63,983 nucleotides of DNA, filler included, from Octopus bimaculoides (GCF_001194135.2; 9 parts of 7 records of this genome joined end to end with filler, not necessarily neighbours in it), one strand, 5' to 3'. Positions 11,159-23,687 are shown, counted from the first letter of the whole stretch. Program-made: numbers and translations. The notes: generated by a model not told the origin, from the sequence alone.

Positions 11159-11651
11159 GTGGTGAGGCAAGACCTTCGTACATTGGGCCTCACCGAGGCG
11201 ATGACTACGGACCGAGACCTTTGGAAATGGGCTGTGCGTGAGAAGACCCGGCAAGCCAAGTAAGATCGTTGCCAGTGCCCCTGGACTGGTTCTTGTGCGG
11301 GTGGCACATGAGATGCACCATTTTGAGCGTGGCCGTTGCCAGTACCGCCTGACTGGCTCCTGTAGGATTTTCGAGCGAGATCGTTGCCAGTGCCCCTGGA
11401 CTGGCTTGTGCGGGTGGCACATAAAAGACACCATTTCGAGCGTGGCCGTTTTCGTGCGGGTGACACGTAAAAGCACCCACTACACTCTCTGAGTGGTTGG
11501 CGTTAGGAAGGGCATCCAGCTGTAGAAACTCTGCCAAATCAGACTGGAGCCTGGTGTTGCCATCCGGTTTCACCAGTCCTCAGTCAAATCGTCCAACCCA
11601 TGCTAGCATGGAAAGCGGACGTTAAACGATGATGATGATGATGATGATGAT
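11159..11651 (+). mobile_element. Young 5'-truncated RTE LINE: ORF end + 3' UTR with internal duplications + (GAT)n tail
   Basis: VVRQDLRTLGLTEAMTTDRDLWKWAVREKTRQAK* then duplicated atcgttgccagtgcccctggactgg blocks and a GAT tail; CpGs intact. Confidence 0.88.
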
Positions 11652-11786
11652 TCATTGCAAATATTCAAATGAGGAATTTGTTTCATTTAATTATTGTCAT
11701 GTCATGTCTTGCTCACTTTTATACCACATTTATGACACTATTATGAAAGTCTTCCTGGTTAGGCACAAGTTTTCCCTACAGATATA

Positions 11787-12410
11787 GGCGCAAGTGTGGC
11801 TGTATGGTAAGAAGATTGCTTCTCAACCACGTGGTTCCGGGTTCAGTTCTACTGCATAGCAGCTTGGGCAAGTGTCTTCTACTATAGCTTCGGGCCAACC
11901 AAAGCCTTGTGAGTGGATTTGGTAGACAAACTGAAAGAAACTGGAAGGCGGCGAGCTGGTAGAAACGTTAGCAAGGTGGGCGAAATGCTTAGCGGTATTT
12001 CATCTGCCGCTACATTCTGAGTTCAAATTCTGCCAAGGTCGACTTTGCCTTTCATCCTTTTGAGATCGATAAATTGAGTACCAGTTATGCACTGGGGTTG
12101 ATGTAATCGACTTAATCCCTTTGTCTGTCTTTGTTTGTCCCCTCTATGTTTAGCCCCTTGTGGGCAATAAAGAAATAGGAAACTGAAAGAAGCCTGTGTG
12201 TGTGTGTGTGTGTCTGTGCTTGTCCCCCCACCGTTGCTTGACAACCAATGTTGGTTTCTTTACGTCCCCATAACTTAGCAGTTCAGCAAAAGAGACCAAT
12301 AGAATAAGTACTAGGCTTACAAAGAATAGGTCCTGGAGTCGATTAGTTCGACTGAAGGTGGTGCTCCAGCATGGCTGCAGTCAAATGGCTGAAACAAGTA
12401 AAAGAAAAGA
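11787..12410 (+). mobile_element. SINE family A, full length, interrupted by a family B SINE
   Basis: Head at 11787; body resumes at 12180 after a duplicated aaactgaaagaa. Confidence 0.88.
11945..12178 (+). mobile_element. tRNA-derived SINE family B, full length, nested
   Basis: aaggcggcgagctgg...gagttcaaattc...gtcgactttgcctttcatcc...gggcaataaagaaat. Confidence 0.9.
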
Positions 12411-12714
12411 TGAAGCCATAGCATCACTTCATTCTAACTTTCTCATCGTGTTTTCTTGGTAAAGATATAGGGGTCGTTCGTCATTTCCTTCCCCAGCTGG
12501 ATGAGTCTCAGCCACCCTTTGACAGGTCTTATTTTTAGCATGTGTTTCATTTTATGTACGCATCATGGAATTCAGGAAAAGTAGGCTTACAATTATTTGT
12601 GCAAACCCTATCAGTATGAAATCATCGTTATCATCATCATCATCATCATTGTCATTTAACGTTTGTCTTCCATGCTGGTATGGGTTGGGTGGTTCAACAG
12701 GAACTGATGAGTGA

Positions 12715-12838
12715 GAGAGCTGGAAGGCAAATTGCATAATGCCTGTGTACGAACAACTATGCTACATGACAGTGAGACATGGGCTGTGATTGAGGATATG
12801 CAAAGGCTTAAAAGGAATGAAGCCAGTATGCTCCGCAT
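12715..12838 (+). mobile_element. RTE LINE ORF fragment (same family as 9667-10130)
   Basis: Near-identical to 9733-9850. Confidence 0.85.
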
Positions 12839-12873
12839 GGACTAAATTTTTACACGCTAGGCCACTGGTAGTA

Positions 12874-13027
12874 GACACAAGTAAATTTATACAAAAACTA
12901 TTTTCCTCGTTATCTTTTATAACCAATTACCCCAAACTATATTTATGCCAACATTACTCCCTTGATTCAAAAACAAGAAAATCATAGATAACGAGGAAGA
13001 CGGTTTTTGTATAAATTTACTTGTGTC
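12874..13027. mobile_element. MITE with ~41-bp TIRs and TA flanks
   Basis: TA-gacacaagtaaatttatacaaaaac...cctcgttatc / gataacgagg...gtttttgtataaatttacttgtgtc-TA. Confidence 0.75.
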
Positions 13028-13450
13028 TAATGAGTCCTCATTACCCCCAAGAATTTCATTTTTACTCCACTTGGGGTAATTTACCCTGTTTCACCGACCT
13101 GTGCTATAGCTCAATACCCTTCCTAACACCAACCATGTTACAGTGTACCAGGTGCCTTTTTTTGGGGAGGGGGGCACCAACACTCATGAGGTCACCAAGC
13201 ACTCACAAGACAGATGCTCACAATCAGCTGTAAAACAATGATGATGATGTGTCTCTGTTGTATTATCTGTAATTAGCCAGTGTCAAAATCATCTTACTAT
13301 AATAGGTGTTATGTCCGTGTTTCTGCCTCTTCCCTTTTCACGGTCAAACAGTTGGATCAATGGTCATGTTGTTTTTCGAGATTATGAAAGAGGTGATCAG
13401 GAAGGATTTTAGCGACAAAACAAAATGTGAAAAAATATGATTATTTAGTG

Positions 13451-13612
13451 GATATGTGGCTGTGTGGTAAGTAGCTTGCTTACCAACCCCACATGATCAA
13501 TGGTTCAGTCCCACTGCGTGGCACCTTGGGCAAGTGTCTTCTGCTATAGCCTCGGGCTGACCAAAGCCTTGTGAGTGGATTTGGTAGACGGAAACTGAAA
13601 GAAGCCTGTCGT
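13451..13612 (+). mobile_element. SINE family A, 5' half
   Basis: Head and body motifs; runs into (TA)n at the contig end. Confidence 0.85.
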
Positions 13613-13639
13613 ATATATGTATGTATATATATATATATG

Positions 13640-13679
<40 letters not shown>

Positions 13680-13779
13680 NNNNNNNNNNNNNNNNNNNNN
13701 NNNNNNNNNNNNNNNNNNNNNNNTTAATTAATTAANNNNNNNNNNNNNNNNNNNNNNNNNNNNNNNNNNNNNNNNNNNN

Positions 13780-13847
<68 letters not shown>

Positions 13848-14609
13848 GTTATTGTTGTTGTCATTTCCGACATGCTGATTGCTAATATAATTATCTCCTA
13901 ACATTCCATTCTGGCCGGCTAATTAAGTGATTTATGGCACATAAATTAAGGTTTAATTGAAGTTAACACATCTGAATTAGATGTGTGTATGTTTAGCTAT
14001 CTGCCTAACCTAGTATGAAAAGAGTGTGTGTGTGTATTTATGTGTGTGTGTGTGTGTGTGTGTTTGTATGTGTGTGTTCTTGTGTGTGTGTGTTTGTGTT
14101 TGTGTGTGTGTGTGTGTGTGTTTGTGCGTGTGTGTGTCTATAATTTTATTTATTTATGTCTACATAAATTGGTGGCACAAACATGCATACTTTCGAACGT
14201 AGATACACCCACACACGCGTTTGTGTGGGTGTGAGGGGGAGGAAGAAATAGAGAGAAGGAGAGGGAGAGAAAATGTGTGTGTGTGTGAGAGAGAGAGACA
14301 GAGAAATGTGTGCGCGTGTATGTGAGTGCAAACCTATGACAGTGGGTTTATGTGCGTGTGTACTATGTATGTGTATGTGCGTGTGCGCGTATGTGTGTAT
14401 TTGTGTCTGTATGTGTGTATCTGTGTTTTTTTACAGAGGTTTGCAAAAAGTAGGAGACTCCATAGTTGTTACGGTGAAGGTCTTGAAATACTCTGTAAGG
14501 CAGATTGAATAATGACTATTGTCCGAGGCCAGAATTGTCGATAGAGCCAGTGAAACAGCGAAAGATTTTGAGAAGAGAGAGTAGAACGATAGGACAAATA
14601 ATTGGAATT

Positions 14610-15040
14610 ATATCACCGGTACCGTTCCGATCCACTGCCTAACAAATTACTCAATCGCGATACAATCTGGATGACATGCTGTGGTTGCTCCATGCCCACA
14701 ATATCCATCAGGGAAATCCAGTCGGTACCAATCAGACAGCTGGAACTTTCTGAGCAGGTTTTCGAGGCTCTTTTATCCCATTCTCCTATGTGCTAACTCC
14801 ACGCAGTCCTTTGTGCGTCTAAAATACAACTCCAGTCCTTCACTAGTATTTGTGGTACGGATATCTCCAGTAATGCTTCTAGATGTCTGAAGAAATCTGG
14901 TCTTCTAATTTCAGTTGGGATATAAACTACTACCAGTCTAGAGGTACCTTCCCTCCCGTCCTAGACCAAAAACTCAGCACCGGTATAGAACAGATCCTCT
15001 GGCAGTTCTATCCATCGGTCCTAAAGGGACAACCAACTGC
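14610..15040 (-). mobile_element. L1/Tx1-like LINE APE endonuclease remnant
   Basis: Minus-strand translation across frames: RLVVVYIPTEIRRPDFFRHLEALL...ILVKDWSCILD / KSLENLLRKFQLSDWYRLDFPD / WAWSNHSMSSRLYRD. Confidence 0.7.
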
Positions 15041-15501
15041 GGAGCACATCTGTGTCGTTCGGGTCTTTGTGTTTTACTTCCAAACAAACCTTCGCCTGAA
15101 ACCTTTTTGCCCTGAAAAGGAATTATTGTTGATACTGCTGCTGTTGCTGGTGGTGGTGGTGGAGGAGTGGGGGTGTAGGTGGTGATATTGCCAGATGTCA
15201 AATCGAATGCGTTATTGGAGAGGTCAGTGGTGGTGGATGATATGCTTAAAGCTGGTGGTAGGGTATTTGGTTCAAATGCAGTTGGGGTGGATGATCTACA
15301 AAAGTAGAAATTTGCCGATATTGTTTCTGCTGCTGCTACTGTTGTTGTATTTCTTATTATTCCACTTTTCCGTGTTGTTCTTGTTGTTGTACTCATTTTT
15401 ACAATTTGCAGATGGTGAAGGTTTTGCTGTTGTTTTGCTCGTATCGAGGTACGTGAGTGTTGCTGCTTTTTTACTTGCCATGTTGTATCATTTTCTTTTC
15501 T

Positions 15502-15515
15502 GTTGCCATGACAAC
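15502..15515. promoter_or_regulatory. RFX X-box motif GTTGCCATGACAAC
   Basis: Close match to consensus; function untested. Confidence 0.35.
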
Positions 15516-15949
15516 GACATCATTATCAGATTCTCGACCTGCATCAAGAAGGATGGTTGAATAACCTAAGAAGAATTTCTCTCTCATTTCTTCCTCTCTT
15601 ACACCCTCTTCCACTCTCTTTTCTCTTCCCTTTTTTTTGGTCGCCGAACATTATCATATCGTTGTTCGGCGCCATTTTTTTTTCTTTTTAGCAAAAACAA
15701 AGAAACGAGATTTTTATTTTATATTTTGAAAAATTTCAAAATGAGCAACTCGTCTCCTAGCAACACCCTTAAAACAAATACCTGCAGAGGTAGCAGGTTA
15801 CTTTCTACCCACAACAATAGAGAAAAAAATCAGAAGGTAAGCGTCTGAAGGGCAAAAAGACAAGAAATTTTAGTAAAAACGTACAGAGATGAAACGCTGC
15901 GTGGCTTTAACGTTTGGCTATAAATAATGATGATGACGATAGTGGAGGT

Positions 15950-16077
15950 GATTGACCCCCGAAAGGATGAAAGGCAAAGTCGACCACGGTGGAATTTGAA
16001 CTCAGAACGTAGCAACGAGCGAAATACCGCAAAGCATTTCGTCCAACGTGCTAACGATTCTGCCAGCTCGCCGCCTT
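15950..16077 (-). mobile_element. SINE family B, 5' half
   Basis: Reverse complement of the family B head and central domain. Confidence 0.85.
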
Positions 16078-16126
16078 AATAATAATAATAATAATAACAA
16101 TAATAATAATAATGATGATAATAATA

Positions 16127-16194
<68 letters not shown>
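16078..16194. repeat. (AAT)n/(GAT)n compound microsatellite
   Basis: Read directly. Confidence 0.95.
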
Positions 16195-16420
16195 AAAACG
16201 CTTCAGAAATTGAACAAATATAAAGATTTGGAGATAGAAATCAGAAGAATGTAACATCTCAGAGCAACAACATTGCTTATTGTCATTGGAGCAATTGGAA
16301 TACTATCAAAAGGAGCAAACAAATATGTGGAGGAAATTCCTGGCAATCGCAAGATAAGGGAATAGTAAGAGATAATAGCTATGGGTATCTAACATCTTTT
16401 ACGTAAATTCCTCTGCATGT
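16195..16420 (+). mobile_element. Dong/R4-like LINE, restriction-like endonuclease C-terminus, fragment 1
   Basis: KLNKYKDLEIEIRRM*HLRATTLLIVIGAIGILSKGANKYVEEIPG...HLLRKFL. Confidence 0.8.
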
Positions 16421-16615
16421 ATATACAATCTCATTCAATTAGTTTTATTAAAATTCTATTGAGATTTCTTCATAAGAGAGAGAGAGAGAGAGACACCAGT
16501 TTCCTTCAGTTGCCTGGCACCTCACCCAACTGCATCTGAAAAAAACTTTTCCCTCTCCATAGGACGTCGCTAGGTGAGATTCGAGTGTAGTTCGTACAAA
16601 TTAAAACCAAAGCAA

Positions 16616-16729
16616 AAAGGATCTGAGAAGTATATTAAGGAATTCCCTGATAACTCCAATCTCCGTGAACTACAAAAGGTAATCTTGATGGTTACAGTCC
16701 ATATACTAAGGAAAGCACTGTCCATCTAA
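16616..16729 (+). mobile_element. Dong/R4-like LINE C-terminus, fragment 2
   Basis: KGSEKYIKEFPDNSNLRELQKVILMVTVHILRKALSI*. Confidence 0.75.
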
Positions 16730-16859
16730 AATGGAATAAATGTCGTAATAGTTTTAGCATGAATAGCGAAGCAAAAGTGTTCTTGCTACTCTTGACCTCC
16801 GGAGGATGCCCGGTACTAAGGCTGCTGAAACCTAGTAAAGTACTAGAAAGTAATAAATA

Positions 16860-17222
16860 CAAGATGTGGGACTTTAACATTCAAATTGACTGAGTAATAG
16901 AAGCTAGAAAGCCTGGTTTGATTGTAGTGGATAAAGAGAATAGAAAGTGTCAGGTGATTGACTATACAGTCCCAAATTGATGAAAATATTAATGAGAAGT
17001 ATAGAAAAAATAGCAAAGTACCAGGACTTGGCCATTGAATTACAGAGACTATGGAAAGTGCAGGTAAAATGTATCCCAGTAGTTCTAGGTGCATTGGGAA
17101 CTATCCCTAAAGATCTGAACAGATGGATAAAGGAAATAGGCATAAAACCCACTTTAGTACGGCTGCAGAAAACAGTGTTATTAGGGACAGCTAGGATGCT
17201 TCCAAGGGCTCTTGGCATCTAA
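16860..17222 (+). mobile_element. Dong/R4-like LINE RLE domain, fragment 3
   Basis: WDFNIQID*VIEARKPGLIVVDKENRKCQVIDYTVP (decayed PD-D motif), frameshift, then KYQDLAIELQRLWKVQVKCIPVVLGALGTIPK...LQKTVLLGTARMLPRAL. Confidence 0.9.
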
Positions 17223-17816
17223 GGTTACTTGCTGTAATCCAATAGGACGGTTAGATTTTTAACCAATTGACTAATAATAAAGAAGTGATATTGAACCAGT
17301 GCACATGTTTATTATTATTAGTGTGATGACCCCACTAGCAAGACACAACAAGATTTGTTTCAACATGAATTCACATCAAGAATCATGTAAACCAAATACA
17401 AGAACGGAGTATACATACATACATACATACATACATGCATGCATGCATGCATACATACATACATACATACATACATACATACATACATACATACATACAT
17501 ACATGCATTCGATTATTGATGAAAGGATTAAAATGAACACCTACATCTACAGTCAACCACCAGGAACTGGAGGAAGATATCGAAAACTTTTGTCGGAAAC
17601 TATGACTTGTGGAGTTTTCTGCTGATAAAAATAATGAGAATGACGAATCCTTAGAGAAAAATTAATCACAATTTAACCCACCATTAGGACGAAATACACA
17701 TTTAGATCAGTCCATTGACAAACACGCAAACACAGACATAGACACACAGACACACAAACAAACATGCTGATATTTAAAAATGTTAAAAACATAATCGCAG
17801 CACTGATACGATTAAC

Positions 17817-17905
17817 CTTTGCATGTCGGAATGAATGAGGAGGTCCTTCAGTTCGGCGAAGACGACGTGGTGGAGTAAGAGGAATAAGAAATACGCGGGT
17901 CCCAT
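17817..17905 (-). CDS. Candidate first coding exon with a signal-peptide-like N-terminus (MGPAYFLFLLLHHVVFAELKDLLIHSDMQ)
   Basis: AAAATGG start context, hydrophobic core, AAG|GTTAAT donor, CpG-rich surroundings. Confidence 0.22.
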
Positions 17906-18060
17906 TTTCCTTCTTTCACCGTGTGACTACGTGACACCGGCCTCCTTCAACATGACCGACCTCTGTCTGCATTACATAACATTTACACTAAAACCAAAGC
18001 AAAAAACAAAAAAGGAAGAAACTAAATGTGAAACAAAAGTTACACACAAACACACACACA

Positions 18061-18109
<49 letters not shown>

Positions 18110-20559
18110 AGATATAAACATACATATATACATTCTTTTATTTATTTCAGTCATTTGACTNNNNNNNNNNNNNNNNNNNNNNNNNNNNNNNNNNNNNNNN
18201 NNNNNNNNNNNNNNNNNNNNNNNNNNNNNNNNNNNNNNNNNNNNNNNNNNNNNNNNNNNNNNNNNNNNNNNNNNNNNNNNNNNNNNNNNNNNNNNNNNNN
18301 NNNNNNNNNNNNNNNNNNNNNNNNNNNNNNNNNNNNNNNNNNNNNNNNNNNNNNNNNNNNNNNNNNNNNNNNNNNNNNNNNNNNNNNNNNNNNNNNNNNN
18401 NNNNNNNNNATATATATATATATATATATATATACATTCACACACATATATCAACGTATATTAGCTGTACTTAGCTAATATATATAATTTAGCTATTCTA
18501 ATTATCTGATATATTTATATGTATGCATGTATAATAAGTATGGCTAAATTAAAGACCCATTATAACTGCCTCAGCTGAAATTAAATGAATTAGAAGAGAG
18601 AGAGAGAGGGAGAGGGGAGGGAGAGAATGGAGGGGGGCAGATTAATGGTAGCACTTCTCAGAAATGACTCTAAGAAGGGAAAACTGGAAGGAATATATTT
18701 GAAAGGAACGTTAAGCGGGCATTGTACAATTATAAAACAGGGTTTTGTTTGGTAAATACAAATAATAAATGAGTATATGCATATATACGTACATGTATGT
18801 ACATACCTACATCTACATGTATATATAGATGCATATCTGGGTACAGGACGTTGCAAAAAAAAAACGTGGATGAAATGATAAACAGGGTACAGAAAACACA
18901 CAGGCCACATAGAGAACATTTCCTTCATCAGCTGCCACCATTCTAAAACTAAGCGTTTCGAAGAGTTGGGGCAGTTTGTTTGATAAAACTGGATACAGTG
19001 GTACTTGGGTGAAGCTATTTAGCAGAGAATAAATAAGCAACACAAGCCTCTACAAATATTTGACAAACAGGAACAAAGAGAAATGAGGAAGAGAATAATC
19101 TTTTATGTCGAGAGAAGAATAAGGCGGGNNNNNNNNNNNNNNNNNNNNNNNNNNNNNNNNNNNNNNNNNNNNNNNNNNNNNNNNNNNNNNNNNNNNNNNN
19201 NNNNNNNNNNNNNNNNNNNNNNNNNNNNNNNNNNNNNNNNNNNNNNNNNNNNNNNNNNNNNNNNNNNNNNNNNNNNNNNNNNNNNNNNNNNNNNNNNNNN
19301 NNNNNNNNNNNNNNNNNNNNNNNNNNNNNNNNNNNNNNNNNNNNNNNNNNNNNNNNNNNNNNNNNNNNNNNNNNNNNNNNNNNNNNNNNNNNNNNNNNNN
19401 NNNNNNNNNNNNNNNNNNNNNNNNNNNNNNNNNNNNNNNNNNNNNNNNNNNNNNNNNNNNNNNNNNNNNNNNNNNNNNNNNNNNNNNNNNNNNNNNNNNN
19501 NNNNNNNNNNNNNNNNNNNNNNNNNNNNNNNNNNNNNNNNNNNNNNNNNNNNNNNNNNNNNNNNNNNNNNNNNNNNNNNNNNNNNNNNNNNNNNNNNNNN
19601 NNNNNNNNNNNNNNNNNNNNNNNNNNNNNNNNNNNNNNNNNNNNNNNNNNNNNNNNNNNNNNNNNNNNNNNNNNNNNNNNNNNNNNNNNNNNNNNNNNNN
19701 NNNNNNNNNNNNNNNNNNNNNNNNNNNNNNNNNNNNNNNNNNNNNNNNNNNNNNNNNNNNNNNNNNNNNNNNNNNNNNNNNNNNNNNNNNNNNNNNNNNN
19801 NNATATATATATGTATGTATACATATATTTGTGTATGTATGTATACATATATTTGTGTATGTGTGCGCGTGTGTGTTTGCGTGTTTGTGTGCGTATGTGT
19901 GTGTAGAGAGAGATAGAGAGATAGATAACAAAGTATTTGTATAATTGTAGGATTGTGAAGAGGCTTGGTGGAGATGATGACGTGGCGGGGGAGGAGGGCG
20001 GGAAAAAAATGGAAATGGAAAGATAAAAGTCGAGGAAATACGCAAGTGGGCAGAAAGGAGTTTGGAAAGCGAAATCAAGGGACAGAAGTGAGCGGCGTGA
20101 CAGTTTATGGCCGAGTCGGAAATGTACTTTTGCGTCTCATTCAGAGTGAAGGAATGAAGGAATGAAGGAATGAAGGAATGAAGGAATGAAGGAAGGAAGG
20201 AAGGAAAGAAGAACTGTTCTGGATGGCGGCGACGACGACAAAAAACTGCAACAATGATACGAATAATAACAGGAATGACAACAGCAGCAGCAACGACCAC
20301 AACAACAACAACAACAACAGCAGCAGCAACAACAACAACAACAATAACAACCACAGCCGCTACAACAATAAGTACAAATGCTCCAGCATGATTACTTCCT
20401 CCTTAACCCCCTCCAATCCTGACGGAGCACAAACCATCAGCGACTTTCCTTGATTTCGAGCTATCTTTTCTGCTTCCCTCCTTTTGAATCCCTGCTTCTC
20501 TTTACAGCTTCTTTTCGAATTTTGCTGCACCAAGTCATGTTTCCTTGAGAGAAGAACTT

Positions 20560-20880
20560 CTTCTGCGAAGTCTTATTGATTTTGAATTGTTGTGCATTGA
20601 GTCCTTGAGCAAGGCCTTTCATCTCACGTTGCTTCGCTCCATTCAGAGGAACGTAAGCAGCAGTGTAGTTTTTGGTTCTGTTTTCTCTGCGACCAGCTGT
20701 CACGTCCTTGATGTTCCATTGGATCAAGCGTGGGAGAGCAAGGAGGAGGCGTCGATATCTCCCAGCGATTACACAGGCACCTAAGACAATTAGCGAAAGC
20801 ATGGTGCTTACGGCAAGTCAGACTCGCTCTCTAGTGACGTCTGGTTGTATTCTACTGAACTATGGAGCCTACATGTTAGC
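20560..20880 (+). mobile_element. Degraded SINE of family C type
   Basis: gtccttgagcaaggcctttcatctcacgttgcttcgctcc matches family C copies. Confidence 0.5.
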
Positions 20881-21063
20881 AACAAAAAAATAAGAAAAAC
20901 AAAACAAAAAAAGTAAAGCAAAGAAAAAATGTATGTAATGGGGGAGAAAATTACTTTAAACAAAAGAAAATAATTGACGATGGGAAAGAAGACGTAGTGA
21001 ATTTGGGGCCAGCTTATGAAACCAACAACAACAACAACAAAAAAGCAGTGATATAAAAGATCA

Positions 21064-21125
<62 letters not shown>

Positions 21126-21299
21126 CCGCCTTTATGTGCTAAGTTCAAACTCTGGCGAGGTCGTTTCGGAGTCGATAAATTAAGTAGCAGTGGGTCACTG
21201 GTGTCCAACGATAACAACAAATGAAGGACGAGGATTGATAAAATGGTGGACCACTTGATTAATAGTATTTAGAGAATGTACAAAAGAAGGAAGTTTGGT

Positions 21300-21630
21300 T
21301 GATGAATGACCGTGGAAGTATTTATAGAATAAGCATAAAGAATTTGGTGGTAAAAAGTGGGTTGAATTTAGTTTCCAAAATAGGACCAATATTGAAGGAA
21401 ATTTGGCAAAACTATGTCTGTGGAAGTATTTATAGTGGAGACATAAGGAATTTGGTGTTAAAATGTGGGTTGAAATTTAGCTGCCAAAATAGGACCAACA
21501 TAAAAGGAAGTCTGGCAGAACAATGACCATAGAAATATTTATAATATAGACGTAAAGAATTTAGTGATAGGATGTGTGTTAAGTTTAGCTTCCAAAATAG
21601 GACTAACGTTGTTAGGAAGTCGCTATTATG
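21300..21630. repeat. ~108-109-bp tandem repeat, 3 diverged copies
   Basis: gtggaagtatttatag at 21312 and 21420, variant at 21529; ccaaaataggac in each unit. Confidence 0.85.
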
Positions 21631-22401
21631 GAAAAGTCAGAGATTTATAGAATGAATCAAAGATCTTTGTTTTTGAACCAGAAGGAAAAGAAGGAAATGA
21701 AATCAACAACGTTGTAAAATAAAAATTCGACAGGAAATAGTAAGACTGTAATTGTACGGTGTGTGCTGTAGAGTAAACAAAAACGTTAACTGTAACAAGT
21801 GTGTGTTTGTATGTGTGTCTGATTGTAGTAATGGTTGACAGAGAAGTACCAGTTAATTACTGAGGTTATGGCAAGATTGCATCTAATGATACGTTGCAGG
21901 TTTGTTTTTATATTCAACTCTCAGAAAAAGGACAAACACTGCTTTTGACCTTGTGAAGGGCTTACAAGATTTGTATGAGAAACACAAAAATTATTGTCAC
22001 TGACAGAAGCGTTGCCATCCAGTCGGTTTTCTGCTTTGTACGTTATGTTTATTGTTCGAAGTTGCCGTGATTTGCATTTCTGCTAATATATATAAAATAA
22101 TTTTGATATGATAAATATAGTGCAAAAGTTTTCACAAATACTCTCAATGTATCGCAGAGAAAAACTTTGTAATCTCATGGTTTTAATAGAAACAATTTAA
22201 TAAGGCATAAAAAGAGGGTGGTGGAAAGAGAGAGAGAGAGAGAGAGAGAGAGTAGGGAGAGAGAGAGTAGGGAGAGAAAGAGTAGGGAGAGAGAGAGAGA
22301 GAGAAAGACTACGTTGCAAGGAAAGAAATATGTATGGGTAAATACGAAAAGTATACGAAACGAAATAACAAAAGAAGGGATATTAACTAAGTGTGTGTGT
22401 G

Positions 22402-22488
<87 letters not shown>

Positions 22489-23354
22489 ACAAAAACTGGA
22501 GAGAGAAAGATGCTGAGAAAATCATGTGGATAAGATGAGAGAGAAAAAGTTATAAGGATCTAGAAATAGAAAGACTCATAGAAATAGAGACGGTAAACAA
22601 AGAAAAGATGTAAAGAGAGAGAGAGAGAGAGAGAGAGAGCGTTGTAAAACAAAAAGTAGAAGAAAAGTAAAAAAACGCATGCCGCAGTAAATAAAAATTA
22701 GTTTTCTGATTGAAGTCTTCGGTTGAAATCTTTTGAAAATCACATTTTGGCGAAAATATATGAAAATTGGAGTTTATGGGAATTTTCTAGACAGTGCAGA
22801 CTTTAACAATTACTTTCTTTTTGTCAAAGTTACGTACTCTCATTTAATTAATTATCACCTTCATTACAGTGTAGACGTCGGAGATCTGGCCTGAACGTTG
22901 GCAACAAAATCGACTCCGTTAAATGCCCGTAAAGGCATATTTAGTGGTGCCGAACCGAGCAATGCATTAACCAAATGTATTTCCTTCCCCTTCAAGATTT
23001 TTACATGATATTAAATGTTGAGACAACGGTTTTGCTAATATTCCACAAGATGTCAGAGTTGTATTTATAAAACATTCCAAGCTTTATGACTAATTAATAT
23101 AGATCTCAGTAATATACCATTATTGGTGAAATATTGATAATTATCTCCGTGGTCTTAAAAAAAGGGTCCATAAGCGCTAATAAGTTGAGTTGGTGCACAT
23201 TAGGGTACAGCTCACACAACTAGGACGCTTGCTATTGCTACCATATACGCACTTGTACACTAAACTGTACCCTCTCTGTGTGTACTGTATACATACTTAC
23301 ACCCCTGAACTTTACCCACTTAGAGGGTTATTTAATTTTTTGTGGCATTCACAG

Positions 23355-23454
23355 AGGAGGAACGGCGGCACCGCTGATCTTGCAAAGGGTCTCACAATTC
23401 TGGTTGAATTACAGAAGTTCTCTGCTGATGTCCACATGGCCTTTGACTGCTCAT
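23355..23454 (+). CDS. Candidate internal exon, unknown gene
   Basis: ttttttgtggcattcacag acceptor, CAT|GTAAGA donor; two frames open. Confidence 0.18.
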
Positions 23455-23687
23455 GTAAGATTTTGTTGTTAAAATTCATGTGCAATAAACTGGTTATATT
23501 TCTACCTTACACAAAATATTTAAACATTTTTTAAAAACAAAATAGCATAAAAATATAATAGGGTTTTATCTAAACTTCGAATGGCTATGGGAGTTTAGTA
23601 GAGTACAATAGAAATCAAAGGGGGTCAATGAGCAGAAAAAGGGTTGAGAATCTCTGGGTCGTACCTCAAAACGAAGCCCTTCTCTTC

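Noticed and set aside
14974-15396. 140-aa Thr/Pro-rich ORF (mucin-like)
   Set aside because: Built from CCA/ACA/GCA simple repeats running into a decayed LINE endonuclease.
18900-18975. Minus-strand CGAAACGC and CTGATGAAGG close together
   Set aside because: Order and pairing do not build a type I or type II hammerhead.
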